Assembly: GCF_006345805.1 (NCBI RefSeq)
Contig: NC_043013.1
Coordinates: 47,988,001-48,052,000 of the forward strand
Direction: 5' to 3'
DNA from: Octopus sinensis
Taxonomy: Eukaryota
DNA length: 64,000 nucleotides
Shown here: in pieces, positions 52,371 to 64,000 of the stretch
Position numbering within the stretch: position 1 is the first letter of the stretch
How the letters are laid out: each line of letters begins with the position of its first letter
Translations under genes and position numbers: made by a program
Notes under the pieces: generated by a model
Told to the model about the DNA's origin: nothing
Seen by the model: only the letters and a program-made list of their open reading frames with translations
Database searches by the model: none

Positions 52371-53059
52371 TAGTAACGAATAAATTTCAACAATCTATAA
52401 AAATGTAGTTCCCTTAACAAAATCCAGCCAATGACCAATCGCATAATAAGCAAAACCTCCATCACTATTTTTATTGTTATTTTAAATAGTAACTTGCATA
52501 ATCTTCAGTCAACTTTGACGCCACATAACAATGTCACTTGTTTACTCCAAAACAGAAATGAATCAACAGATTTAAGATTAATGGCATTTTAGACGTGATC
52601 AACCTGTCTTTTATGAGACATAAAATACTCCAGATGGCACAAGTGCCACCTAAATGGCAATTGTTCTTTTAAGACGGTAAAGATGCGAAAGGAAGGGGAA
52701 TTTGACTGCCATTTCCAATCGGTCGAATAATCACATAGAAAAATTATCTGTTGAATCGACAAATTATTTATTAGAAAGACCTAATGGCCCCAAAACTTCA
52801 ATTCCGCAACCATTCAATTATTACAATCACCACCATATTCATTATAAACTAATTTTTTGAACAGAAAGATAACAATCCGGAGGAAGATTAAATGCACGGA
52901 TAAATGTCTAAGTTGAGATCTTGAAGTCCCTTTACATGGACATTAAACTTAATTGCATTTCATAGACTTTGTTTATTGTGTTCATGAGAATAAATAATTA
53001 CAATAATAATCCTTTCTACTGTAGGCACAAGGCCTGACATTTTGGGACGAGGGACTAGT

Positions 53060-54590
53060 CAATTATACCTGGGGATTTCTATTTCTTTGACTTGGCGGGC
53101 GCCGCTTTCATTTCTTCAGCTGTTATATCCTGCCATTCTTGATATCTGAGGTGGGAATTGGCCTCTTCTCTGTCCCGGACCCAATGTGCATTCTGATTAA
53201 ACTCCTTTGGATTACTCCAAATCTTTTTCCAAAAATCTTCAGTTTACTGCTGGGGATGAGGTGTTTTCACAATAATGGTATTTTTCCCCAGTTCCCAGTA
53301 GAATTTTTTTGTGTTCTCCTTGAACAGTATGTTTTGTCTATGGAATGCTGAGCGTTTGTGTATCTTGCCAGTCGTCTGGTTTTTAATTGTAGTTTTTGTT
53401 TGAGGATTTAAATCTGTGTGTCCTTTGTTTTCTTGTAAAGGTCATACTTAGCAATTATTCTTAGTTTGTTGGATTTATTAGTTTTCCCTTTGCTTCCTTC
53501 AAGTAGAAAAATATATATCTGCTCTTAGTTGCATTATTTGCCGGTTCATTTTTTCCATCCATGCAGGCTGTTTGTGTACATTGCACTTATTTTGTCTATC
53601 TCTAATTTTAATACCGCATTTCTGAGTTGCAACATAAGCAGCTGAGTAAATGAGTTGATCAATCACTTCGAGGGCATTTTCTCTACTATTCTCAAGGAGT
53701 TGTCGTATCACCTTTCCAAGTGATTCATCAACTTCTTCGATTACTTTTCTGTTCTTATCAGTATTAATAATTTTGGGAAGTGGGTCTCTTTCGTGGAAAG
53801 GTTGATGTAGTTGTATTAGATATTGTTCTAGTATTCCATCTAACAGTTCATTGCTGACACGATCATTTATAGTGTTTTAGTATCAACTGATGGCCCACCT
53901 TCATAGGGTTCTGTGTACCTAGTTTGCTGGTTTGAGCTTTTTGCCTGTGGGTATAACTGAGTGTTATATTGAGCTGACTTTTTACTGATTTGACTATTTT
54001 GTCAATTTCGCTGTCATTTAGTCTTTTATCTTTTAGGATATCACGTCTCACAGCTCCTTATTTATTACAGCCTGTTATGCGGGGTTTTGCCTCTCCAGAT
54101 ATTGTAGGTCTCTTTTTGTGTAGCTGATGTTTCTGGGTTTAGCGTTGAATAATAATAAGCATGTATAACCTTCGATATATTCCTCTTTAGTCTATTTCTG
54201 TCTTGTATTTCTATTTCTTTGAGATAGGTTTGGTAGTTGATCCTGGGGAATATTCCTGGTTTGATTTGCCACATGTTCTTAAGAAAGTCGGTCCTGATTT
54301 AAAGACTTTTCAAGCTCAGTGTCAGAATTTAAGATCACTGATGAATGCGTTCTTCGAACGACACGGGTTCTAGGAGGTATTTCCATGGTTGGTATCCAGG
54401 GCCGTGTTATAAGCGCACAGGGTTAAATCAGTTGCCTGCTTCCTTGGGTATGGTTCAGAGGTACCAGGTATCATCATTTCCCGAGGGACGAGTGGAATTT
54501 ATTTTGAGAAGTTTTAAATTAGCCCATGTCATGACCTGCCGCCTGGAAGGTGTTAAGTGGCAGGCCGACAGAATTCATTTAGCATCGTAG
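53060..54590 (-). mobile_element. Decayed Dong/R4-clade non-LTR retrotransposon, N-terminal half
   Basis: VIHAYYYSTLNP..YNIWRGKTP..MRRDILKDKRLNDSEIDKI; IDQLIYSAAYV..PAWMEKMNRQIMQLRADI; DITAEEMKAA..KSKK*KSPGI. Confidence 0.78.
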
Positions 54591-54599
54591 AAAGAGGCA

Positions 54600-54842
54600 G
54601 ATATTGAATTGACAGCCAGAGAGACAGAGGCCGGGAGACGAAAGACAGAACCATCATGCAGACATCAACTCCGAGCATTACCTCCGAGCTTTTTCCAGTA
54701 GGAGGGTGATGGCGTTGGCGGCGGCGGCGGCGGTGGGAGAAGTGGTAATGGGATTGTATATGTTCTGTCAGCAGGATGTAAACGCTGTCGCATCTGTGTG
54801 TCTCCAGGCAAATCACTATTACTATTGTCATTCTTATTATTA

Positions 54843-54910
<68 letters not shown>

Positions 54911-55600
54911 CGATCAGGAAGCAAAAGCGTCACACCCTTGCGGTCAGCAGAAGTCCAATGTGTTTACTGCTTCAAAGTGCCCAATGAGAGGGCTGACCTT
55001 GATCTTTCAATTACAACTCCCTACACCTCTTACGCACGTTTTTGAAATCCATGCACGACTTGCCATACACCTCCCTTAATTGGCAATGAATTTCAATCGT
55101 TTTAATTGCCTTTTGCGTTCAAAAACCGAACTTCACACTTGGCGGCAGCGTCAATCGGGAGCTCCATCAGATACGACTGCCAAGCCAAGACTGAGCGTGA
55201 CAGAGAGGCGCGCGCAGGGGCAGACGCAGGGGCAGACGCAGGGACAGACGCATGTGCATGCGCAACAAACACAACAGTGTTGCCATTACCCGCACTCACA
55301 GTTTCTCTGCGTCCCCAGCGCTTTGGAGACCTTACTTTTGGATTCTCGTATGTGTGTGTGTACATATATATATACACATATATATTGATATTTACATCGT
55401 TGAATTTTTCTTGCCTTTTTATATGTTTTGTCGTGATTTAGTTTTCGTAATTGTGCAGTTTGTATTTATTGGCAGTTTCAATGTTTTAAAGAAGATCGTT
55501 TTGTGTTTCGGCTAGAGAAAAGTGTGAATATGTAAGATTTTCAGCTTATTTTGGAGGAAATTTTTGTCGTGCGTTTAACAGTGTTGTTGGAATAAAAGGT
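54600..55600. promoter_or_regulatory. CpG-richer promoter or first-exon-like island
   Basis: (GGC)n, GGCGCGCGCAGGGG, two CCAAT, TGACCTTGA (54994-55002), GCATGCGCA, 3x GCAGGG(G/A)CAGAC, T-rich UTR-like segment, then donor-like AAG|GTACGC at 55598; inference only. Confidence 0.4.
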
Positions 55601-56059
55601 ACGCTTACATATTCGCGTAGTCAGGGAGAAAATAAGGGCAAATTTTTTACAGAGAATTATACTTATTAAATTTTTTTAATTTTCTAATGATGATCGTTTG
55701 TGTGTTCGACCAGAGGGATCTGTTGTGTTTTTGTACTAAAAGAATGTTTACATTTTCGATTACTCAGGAAAGGACAGGTATTCACAGAAAGTTGTAGGTA
55801 TCAAAGTTTCACAGTTTTTAAAGATGATCGTTTGTGTGTTCCGCCAGAGAAAATTGTGGATATGCAAGATTTTCAACTTGTTTTGAAAGAAATTTAAAAT
55901 ACTCACAGGAGATTGTAGATATTCCAGTTTTTGAAAGTTATTTTTCAGTTGTCCTGCTGGGTTGTATTAGGGTTTCTTTGTTTTCGGCTGCTGACTGGGC
56001 AGAGCAGCGAAGAACACGTCCAGCCGCTGTCAAGGCTGCGAGCTGGTCTGTTTCTTCTT

Positions 56060-56232
<173 letters not shown>

Positions 56233-56354
56233 AGATAATAAATCGTATGGTATACACCTGGTAGCTTACCTGCAAAACACGTTCACTTCCAGTGTTTGAT
56301 GGATATTTCATTAATGAGAGAGACGGAAGATGGAAGATATGAGAATCTTTATTG

Positions 56355-56460
56355 ATCACTACAATAGTTCCGACCCATCTAGCACCGATCCCTCATGGTT
56401 GAGATACTGAACAACTGGTTTAGGAGTATCTGTCGGTGTAGATGTGTCTCTTCAGGTGAT
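56355..56460 (-). ncRNA. Hammerhead of the long-stem-II family, A13G core change
   Basis: rc: ATCAC-CTGAAGA-GAC a CATCTA CACCGA..AGATACT..AGTATCT..TCGGTG c TAGATG g GTC-GGA-ACTATTGT-A-GTGAT; 3' flank homologous to 17375-17420. Confidence 0.7.
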
Positions 56461-56789
56461 TACAAGATGTATCTCGTTAAAATAACGTCTGTTCCGCGAG
56501 TTTTCTTCTCGGTATGTGTATACAAAAGCAGTAAATTAAAGGTTACAGCTTCGTTATTATAGATCAATAAAACTCAGATGCAAAAAGAAACAAATACACA
56601 GTACAGCGACAAAAGTATTAAATGTAACCGTCAGCAGATGTGAATGTATAAACACCCTCGCTTGGGTTGTATGACGCACGTACGCTCGCTCGTACAAACT
56701 TACGCGAAGATATTAGCATACGCACACGTGTATGCTAATACATATATGTATGCATATATAAATTATTTGTGGTGAAACGAATGCAAAAA

Positions 56790-57600
56790 TTGGAGTTGAA
56801 GGTGCTAAGGGATCAATCTTTCATCAATTTACCAACAGAAAAATCTCCTAAACGTTCAAACGGAGTATTTGCGGGATGTAATTTGGGGTACTAACCAAAA
56901 AGAGAAAAAGGCACGCTGTGGACGCTTTCATCTCCAAATAAGAATGGGATACATCGTGATCGCTAAAATAAAATCAGGAAGTATTACTTTGAACTGCAAA
57001 GCCTTGAATCCACTGCTTTTCTCTCAACTGTGACGTTCAAACTGTGACAAGAAAGTTCAGACTGAACTTGAGAGTAAATAAGAACTTATCTAAAAATAGA
57101 GTATGTTATGACTGGAGGAAACTTACACCGACGCAGCTGAGAGAAATTCATAAACACTTGATGTCAAAAACTGCTTTGTAGCATTAAGAATTTTAGATTA
57201 TATTAAAGATTCTAATTCCATTTCCAATAATATTATAATTGCCAATGAAAGTGCAGCAAAAGAAAAATATTCAAATTGTTGAAAGAAAACGGAGCGCATC
57301 CTATAGTAAAGTAAGGAGTTCATTAAGGAAAGAGACGACTTGAAAGAAACGTGTAGTACTAAATCTAAAATAAGTAAACTCATGAGAACTAATGAAATAA
57401 CATTGGGAAATGCAAAACAGTAACTTGATGAAATCTATAAACAAGAACCCGAAATTTATGTCCAAGATAAAATAAATATAATCGAAAATGCCTCAGAAAA
57501 CTAACAACCTTCTCTCGCATGAGCAACTCTGAATGAAATAATAGGGAGAAAGAAAACCAGCAGAAGTAAACAATCCAAAATGGGAAGAGCAGCTAGAATA
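56790..57600 (+). mobile_element. Decayed RTE-clade LINE fragment (endonuclease end and linker)
   Basis: FRLNLRVNK..YDWRKL; FIKERDDLKE..LDEIYKQEPEIYVQDKINIIENASEN..LA*ATLNEIIGRKKTSRSK. Confidence 0.7.
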
Positions 57601-57799
57601 CACCTTAGACTAGAATCTACTTTTAACAGATCAGCTCTAACTTGTAAAGCTGGAGACATTTTTACCGTGATTCTGAGTTCGGCTGTTTTAAGGTAATTTT
57701 CTCTTCATCATTTCTGCTCTTTCTCTTCATTTGCTTTAACTCTTTCTTCAGTTCTGCGATCTGATGCAGACTACTACTACTGAAACCATGTCGCTTATC

Positions 57800-58100
57800 G
57801 ATTTTTCCTTTCTTTGTGTTAAAGGTATCTTGTCATACTTGCTATACGAGCTTGCGCTAAGTCGCTTGTTTTCCTGGCTGCAGCTTTTAGTTTCTTTCGA
57901 AATTCGACAACCGAGGTTCGGGCATCTTTCAGGAAGCGAGCTATCTCTGCACCACTATGCTGTGCTTTTAAGACAACGTTTACAACGTGCTGATTCACCC
58001 CCGATGTCCGTCATCATTTATCAGAAAAGTGAGTAAAAAAATAAGTTAGAAGAAAGTTAGAGCTTTTGGAAGTTGTGTCCTCAAAAAACTGACGCAGCCT
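57800..58100 (-). mobile_element. 5' fragment of a maT/DD37D-like element related to 58500-59558
   Basis: rc VVLKAQHSGAEIARFLKDARTSVVEFRKKLKAA; upstream AAAAGTGAGTAAAAA block shared. Confidence 0.7.
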
Positions 58101-58118
58101 CTGTGTGTGTGTGTGTGT

Positions 58119-58159
<41 letters not shown>

Positions 58160-58356
58160 CGTGCGTTTGATTGTTTCTAATTTACCCTCAAGAATAACCC
58201 TTTGAAGGGGACGGAGGGATTAACCAGTTTTATTGGTCATAAAAGGCAAAGTTTAAATCGGTGGGCTTACAAAAGCTGCAGAATATTTTTCCGACTCTCT
58301 AACAATTCTATTCAATCCCAGCCTGATATGTGTGCGTGTCTGATATTTGTGCGTAA

Positions 58357-58413
<57 letters not shown>

Positions 58414-58499
58414 TTATTTATTTATTTATTTATATATATATATATACGCATAGCTCAACACAAAAAAGGTGTATTTAAAACAAATTCATGGATATAATC

Positions 58500-59557
58500 C
58501 CACCTATTTAATGAATCCACCTTTGACATCAATAGTTGATTGAATACGGGGGCGGATTCGTCGCCATGCCCAAATCAGATGATTTTTATCAATTTTGGAC
58601 ATATTGTTGGTTATGGCGGACTTTAGGGAGTGTATGGTATTATGGAGGTGTTGACTGACCTTTTTCTTGACTATACCCCATACGTCATATTCCAGTAGAT
58701 TGAGGTTTGTGAGCCAGGAGACAACGTACCTGAAAGAACATGAGCATGGAGATTGGCACGCATCCATAGTTGGATTGTCCTACCCTAATGTAACTTATGA
58801 ATCTTGTTAGAAGACTTACGGTCTTCCTTTGCTTACTCTGTCTATCCAAGTCCTCACAACTTTCTCTGTATAGACAGCGGAATTAACTCTTAAGCTCTGA
58901 GAAAATAAAATGGTGAGGAAGAATAATGCCTCCCTTGATGCTGACGATTCCAAGAACCATCAAGATTGCTGAGAACTTAGTATGCATGACCGTTGGAATC
59001 TCATCTTGGTCGCTACATAAGCATCTGTCGTTTCTTCGGATTAGCTTTTGGTCCTCATCGACGTTTTTGACAAAACCAAAACGTTCCGGCATCTTGATGT
59101 TTTAACTTATTCAGCAAGCACTTCGCATGGATCGAACGCTTTTCACTTGTCACATAAACTGAAATCAGGCATCACAAACGGCTTGTATCGGATGTCCTCG
59201 TGCAAAACTCTTCCGATGGTGCATTCTGGAACCTTGATTAGTTTTTGGTTTTTGTTTCCAAAGCTGTGTGTCGAATAGCATTAGGATCTAGCGCATGAGT
59301 TTTGCGCTTAGTTGCTGATGTTGGATCCCCATCAGCAGCTTCTAGTTCCTTTTGAAATTTGACGATCAAGGTTCGGGTAGCTTGCAGGAAGCGACCTATC
59401 TTTCCCTCAATATGCTGCACTTTTACAATAGCGATTGCATCGTGTCTTTTCATTTACTGAGTCAACCTGTCTGACAATTTATCTAAAAAGTGAGTAAAAA
59501 GTAGAAATAAAGATAGAACTCTTGAAATAGGTGCCCTCCAAAAGCTGTCACATCCTG

Positions 59558-59558
<1 letters not shown>
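58500..59558 (-). mobile_element. Decayed maT/DD37D-like Tc1/mariner transposon
   Basis: MKRHDAIAIVKVQH..IGRFLQ..KFQKELEAADG; DEDQKLIRRNDRCLC..VPTVMHTKF-like, MVLGIVS; NLNLLEYDVWGIV..; 5' terminus TA|CAGGATGTGACAGC. Confidence 0.85.
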
Positions 59559-59637
<79 letters not shown>

Positions 59638-59700
59638 GCGTGTGCGCGAGTGTTTGTGCGTGTGTGTGTATTTATGTATGTATATATGATTATAATGTAT

Positions 59701-59897
59701 AAATATATTTGCAAGTATATGTATGTATATATTAAATATATTTGCAGGTATATGTATGTATATATTAAATATATTTGCAGGTATATGTATGTATATATTA
59801 AATATATTTGCAGGTATATGTATGTATATATTAAATATATTTGCAGGTATATGTATGTATATAATAAATATATTTGCAGGTATATGTATGTATATAA
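59701..59897. repeat. 33-bp minisatellite, about 6 copies
   Basis: AAATATATTTGCAGGTATATGTATGTATATATT repeated. Confidence 0.95.
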
Positions 59898-60049
59898 TAT
59901 ATAGATATAACAAACCGGTAATATATAGACTACCTTATATACAATTATAATCCACAATCAGGTCATTGAGAATAAAATGTCTGTTCTTGAACTGAAAGTT
60001 TATTTTACTTTATCTCAATAAAAAGCAGCGCAGTTAATCAAAGTATGCA

Positions 60050-60780
60050 CCTAAATTATGAACACAATTTCGCCATTTTATCGGTAGCTTATTTATGCCG
60101 GCAGCAAAGAATTCTGGAAAGCAAGACGTGATGAAATCATGAAAGGCTGTTTTTGCATCTTCTCTTTTGGTGAATATTCTTGTTTAGATTGTGTTTTGGC
60201 ACTTCGTCTCAATTCAACCACCGTAGAGAACGCCTTCTTTTGTTGAAAAGAATCCAGTTTTCATCAAACGTAACAATACAATACAAAAAAGACAGCAAAG
60301 AACTGCAAGTTTCAAGACGATCTGTCATTTGATGCTTGTTCGTTTCGTGTAGTAACCCACGTTTGTTTCAGTTGGAATCAAAACATCAAATCTTGCTGCT
60401 AACTCACGCACAGTTTGAGACGTATCCGCTTCCACTACAGCTTCCAGCTCATCATTATCACCTTGGTCTCAGGTCTACCACGGGGCTGATTTTGACGGGA
60501 ACTTCTCAAACCATCGACGTACAGTGCGCTCACATCTTCGTCAAACACCTCATTAATGTTTCAATCTGTCTGGGACATAAACAGCACGAATTTTTGATCT
60601 ATCCATGGGTTCACAAAAATTGATTTACAAGAGAAAACTAACAATATAATCAGACACCGTGAATTGCATTTTGAAAAATTGTAAAGCAAAGAATTGTCAG
60701 GACAAAACATTAGATTTAACGAATGTCAAATTTGGTGCATAAGAAAATCGGACCTTTTTGCATTCTTAATAATCTGATAT
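60050..60780 (-). mobile_element. Decayed mariner, 5' half
   Basis: rc MDRSKIR..ERTVRRWFEKF..DNDELEAVVEADTSQTVRELAARFDV..; region resembling FLHRIVTCDEKW. Confidence 0.8.
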
Positions 60781-60811
60781 ATATGTGTAATACATTATAG
60801 AAATATGTATA

Positions 60812-60889
60812 CATTATATAACATAATGTACATACAATATATCCCATGCACATTATATAACATAATGTACATACAATATATCCCATGCA
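60812..60889. repeat. 39-bp direct tandem duplication
   Basis: CATTATATAACATAATGTACATACAATATATCCCATGCA x2. Confidence 0.9.
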
Positions 60890-60967
60890 TTATAAGATAT
60901 ATGTGTATAATGTGTGTGTTTATGCGTGTATTTGTGTGTTTGTTTATATGTGTGTGTGTGCGTGTGA

Positions 60968-61110
60968 AGGCACGTGTCTTAGAGGTTAGGGTATTCGGCT
61001 CATGATCGCAAGGTCGAGTGTTCGATTCCCTGCGGCTTGTTGCGTCCTTGAGCAAGAAACTTTTCATCGGATCAACTGGAACACCGGTCGTCGTAACAGA
61101 GTGCTAGTTA
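60968..61110 (+). mobile_element. Diverged tRNA-derived SINE head (family 4)
   Basis: AAGGCACGTGTCTTAGAGGTTAGGGTATTCGGCTCATGATCGCAAGGTCGAGTGTTCGATTCCC..GTCCTTGAGCAAG. Confidence 0.65.
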
Positions 61111-61552
61111 ATATATACATATATTTGCGCTTATGGTGGAAAATCACTTATATATATATGATATACATCATACATATATGTATGTATGTGTGTGTGTGTT
61201 TACATGTGTAGGTTTATGTGTGTCTGTGTGTCTCTGTGTTTGTGTGTAGGTGTGGCATGTAATATACGACATATATGTGTGTGTCTAACTTTAGTTCCTC
61301 TGTTCTGTATAATTGGTCGTGCTGTTATATTCCAGCCCCATTCTCACAAATTTACTGAACCTCCTCCACCCAATAACTCAAATTTATTGTCACTTGAGAC
61401 AATGGTAAGAGTACTGTGTGTGGTGTGTGTGTGTGTGTGTGTGTGCGTGTGTGTATCTATGAATGTGTGTGTTGGTAACTGTGAAGATATTGGTATTAGA
61501 CTTAACTTTATAAAGAAAGTGCTTTTACGTGAAATACACACACATACATTTT

Positions 61553-61969
61553 TCTCTTTTTCTCTTTTTACTTGTTTCAGTCATTTTGACTGCGGCCATG
61601 CTGGAGCACCGCCTTTAATCGAGCAACTCGACCCCTGGACTTATTCTTTTGTAAGCCCAGTACTTATTCTATCGGTCTCTTTTGCCGAACCGCTAAGTGA
61701 CGGGAACATAAACACACCAGCATCGGTTGTCAAGCAATGCTAGGGGGACAAACACAGACACACAAACACACACACACACACACATATATATATACATACA
61801 TATATACGACAGGCTTCTTTCAGTTTCCATCTACCAAATCCACTCACAAGGCTTTGGTCGGCCAGAGGCTATAGTAGAAGACACTTGCCCAAGGTGCCAC
61901 GCACTGGGACTGAACCCGGAACCATGTGGTTGGTAAACAAGCTACTTACCACACACCCACTCCTGCGCC
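61553..61969 (-). mobile_element. SINE family 1, full length
   Basis: rc starts GGCGCAGGAGTGGGTGTGTGGTAAG; complete core and tail. Confidence 0.93.
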
Positions 61970-63103
61970 TCCTTACCACACACCCACTCTTGTATATATA
62001 TAAATAAAGGTGTCTGTGAGTGAGTGAGTGTATATATATATATATATATATGTATATATAAGTTAGGAGAACTATATACATCTGTAAAGAAATACTATGA
62101 TGATTTTTACCCAATCTGTAATATGTTATGCTGGTATTAATATATGATATTTGATGAGATGATCTATATAAAGAGATAAATGTGTGTGTGTGTGGTCGCA
62201 TGCGTGCGCACTCGCTTATGCAAACCTCCATACATACATTTTCATATACACACATATATACACACACATATATATATATAAACACAGACAGTCAGACGGA
62301 CACACACACACACACACAAGACATACGTCTCAATGATAAATTAGTTTTGCCAAGAAGGAATGTTATGTGGACGTCTGAACTATGTAGCTAGCTATGTATA
62401 TGTGTGTGTACGCATGTGTGTACGTGTGTGAGTGTGTGTGTGTGTGAATCACTCTGTATCTATTTTACTATATAAGTGGGCGTGTATATATATATATATA
62501 TATATACATATACATATGTGCGTATGTGTGTGTGTGTGTGTATAATTTATTAATTCCATTTTTTGACGTTTTACAATATAAACCCCTGCAATTTTTCCCA
62601 TCCGTCTCTTGTCTCTGCATTTACTATTCTTTTTGGATTATTTGTACATTAGTTTTCGCTTTAATTGTTTCTTTACAATGTTTACATCTTAACTCCACAA
62701 CTCCTCGTTACACAGGTTCCATACGTACCTCCTCTTCAGCCACCCACCCGCCCGCCCGCCCCGCTGTTCGCACACCACCGTCACCATCGCCACCACCACC
62801 ACCATCACCATCTCAAACACCACCACCACCCGGCTTTCAAGTTATTTCTAAAGTAGAGTTAAAAATTTTCTCCTGCCACTAATGACGAATTAAAAGAAAA
62901 TCTTTATGAAAATTAGAAAATTTTAATTGGCAATATAAGATAAAAATTTATTTTTAAACGGTTTCAGGCTAAGTCTTATATATGAGCTGAAAACTGTGGA
63001 ATTATTTTTAATTTAATCGACGAAGAAAACTTAGGTTTGGAAAACTTAAAGCCAAAATGAAGAAAAAAAAAGAAACTAAAAGAGAAAAGGAAAATGGAAT
63101 AAC

Positions 63104-63104
<1 letters not shown>

Positions 63105-63151
<47 letters not shown>

Positions 63152-63185
63152 CATGTCGATGATAATGATGATGATGTTAATGATA

Positions 63186-63238
<53 letters not shown>

Positions 63239-63240
63239 AG
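63105..63240. repeat. (AAT)n-(GAT)n compound trinucleotide repeat
   Basis: Visible tandem units; source of the poly-I/poly-M ORFs. Confidence 0.95.
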
Positions 63241-63519
63241 AGGTGGTGACGACGACATTTTGAAATTTAATGAACAAACAAATATGTAAAAGAAAAAAAA
63301 AATATGTTAAGAAGCAAATATCTTGAAATATAATGATTATTTTCTTTCTTGTCCTTCCATTCTATGAAGTACATCGGTGGTCTGTGGTAATTAAAGGGGT
63401 TGGCTGTTGGGGGATGGATGGATCGCTAATTAACAACAGGTTGTGATGGTGGTGGCGGTAATGGAGGTGGTAATGACGATGATAGTTTTGTAAACGTATG
63501 GTTAGCAATGAAGATGAAT

Positions 63520-63614
63520 GAGGTAGATGATGATGATGATCATCATCATCATCATTATCATCGTCATCGTCATCATCATCAAGATGTTACTGTTGTTGTA
63601 GAGCTAATGGTGCT

Positions 63615-63657
<43 letters not shown>

Positions 63658-63720
63658 CAGCAGCAGCAGCAGCAGCAGCATTAGTAGTAGTAGTAGTAGT
63701 TAGTAGTAGTAGTAGTAGTT
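63520..63720. repeat. (GAT)n(CAT)n and (TAG)n(CAG)n compound repeats
   Basis: Visible tandem units. Confidence 0.9.
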
Positions 63721-64000
63721 ATTGCTTAGTAAGTTACTTCAACTCTACTTCATACTAGTGCAGAGAGAGAGAGAGAGAGAGAGTGGGGTGGATAAGCAAA
63801 GTTTAAAAGGTACTTGATATCGTCCACCCTGATAACATGTTTCATTCTGTTCTGTGGTTTATTTTTCTTCAATCACGCAATATTTTAATTTTTTATTCGC
63901 GGGTACAGATAGACACCTTTTGTACGGGGTACAACATGAAGATTTTTTAATCTAGTTTTGCTATTTCGATGCCATTAATGGAACAAAATGTGCCGAGTTC

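Noticed and set aside
59701-59897. Regularly spaced 33-bp repeats (CRISPR-like at a glance)
   Set aside because: The units are contiguous with no unique spacers, in a eukaryotic context; it is a minisatellite.
62526-62882. Proline-rich 118-aa ORF
   Set aside because: The proline run comes from the (CCA)n microsatellite; the start lies in a (GT)n repeat.

Overview
This is AT-rich, microsatellite-dense eukaryotic DNA, very probably from an octopod cephalopod. That assignment is an inference from recalled octopus-type tRNA-SINE families and the repeat landscape. No intact host protein-coding gene can be supported: the supplied ORFs are microsatellite translations or fragments of decayed transposable elements. 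The elements present are mariner and maT/DD37D-like Tc1/mariner relics, RTE, CR1, Dong/R4 and HERO-like LINE relics, Penelope-like (PLE) GIY-YIG fragments, and over 20 SINE copies or fragments from about four tRNA-derived families. The most striking signal is at least 8 type I hammerhead ribozyme (HHR) motifs, plus 2 more decayed candidates, in several distinct architectures. Several sit in the loop of short foldback (inverted-repeat) cassettes of about 400-500 bp. One family has a greatly extended, branched stem II. Two unrelated copies share a CCGACGA (U4C) core, and a tandem pair carries complementary defects. PLE-linked HHRs are established biology, but these cassette architectures may be undescribed. 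There is also a roughly 250-bp near-perfect palindrome, a CpG-richer promoter-like island near 54.6-55.6 kb, and a few non-coding exon-like segments. All structures were folded by eye, and boundaries of decayed elements are approximate.
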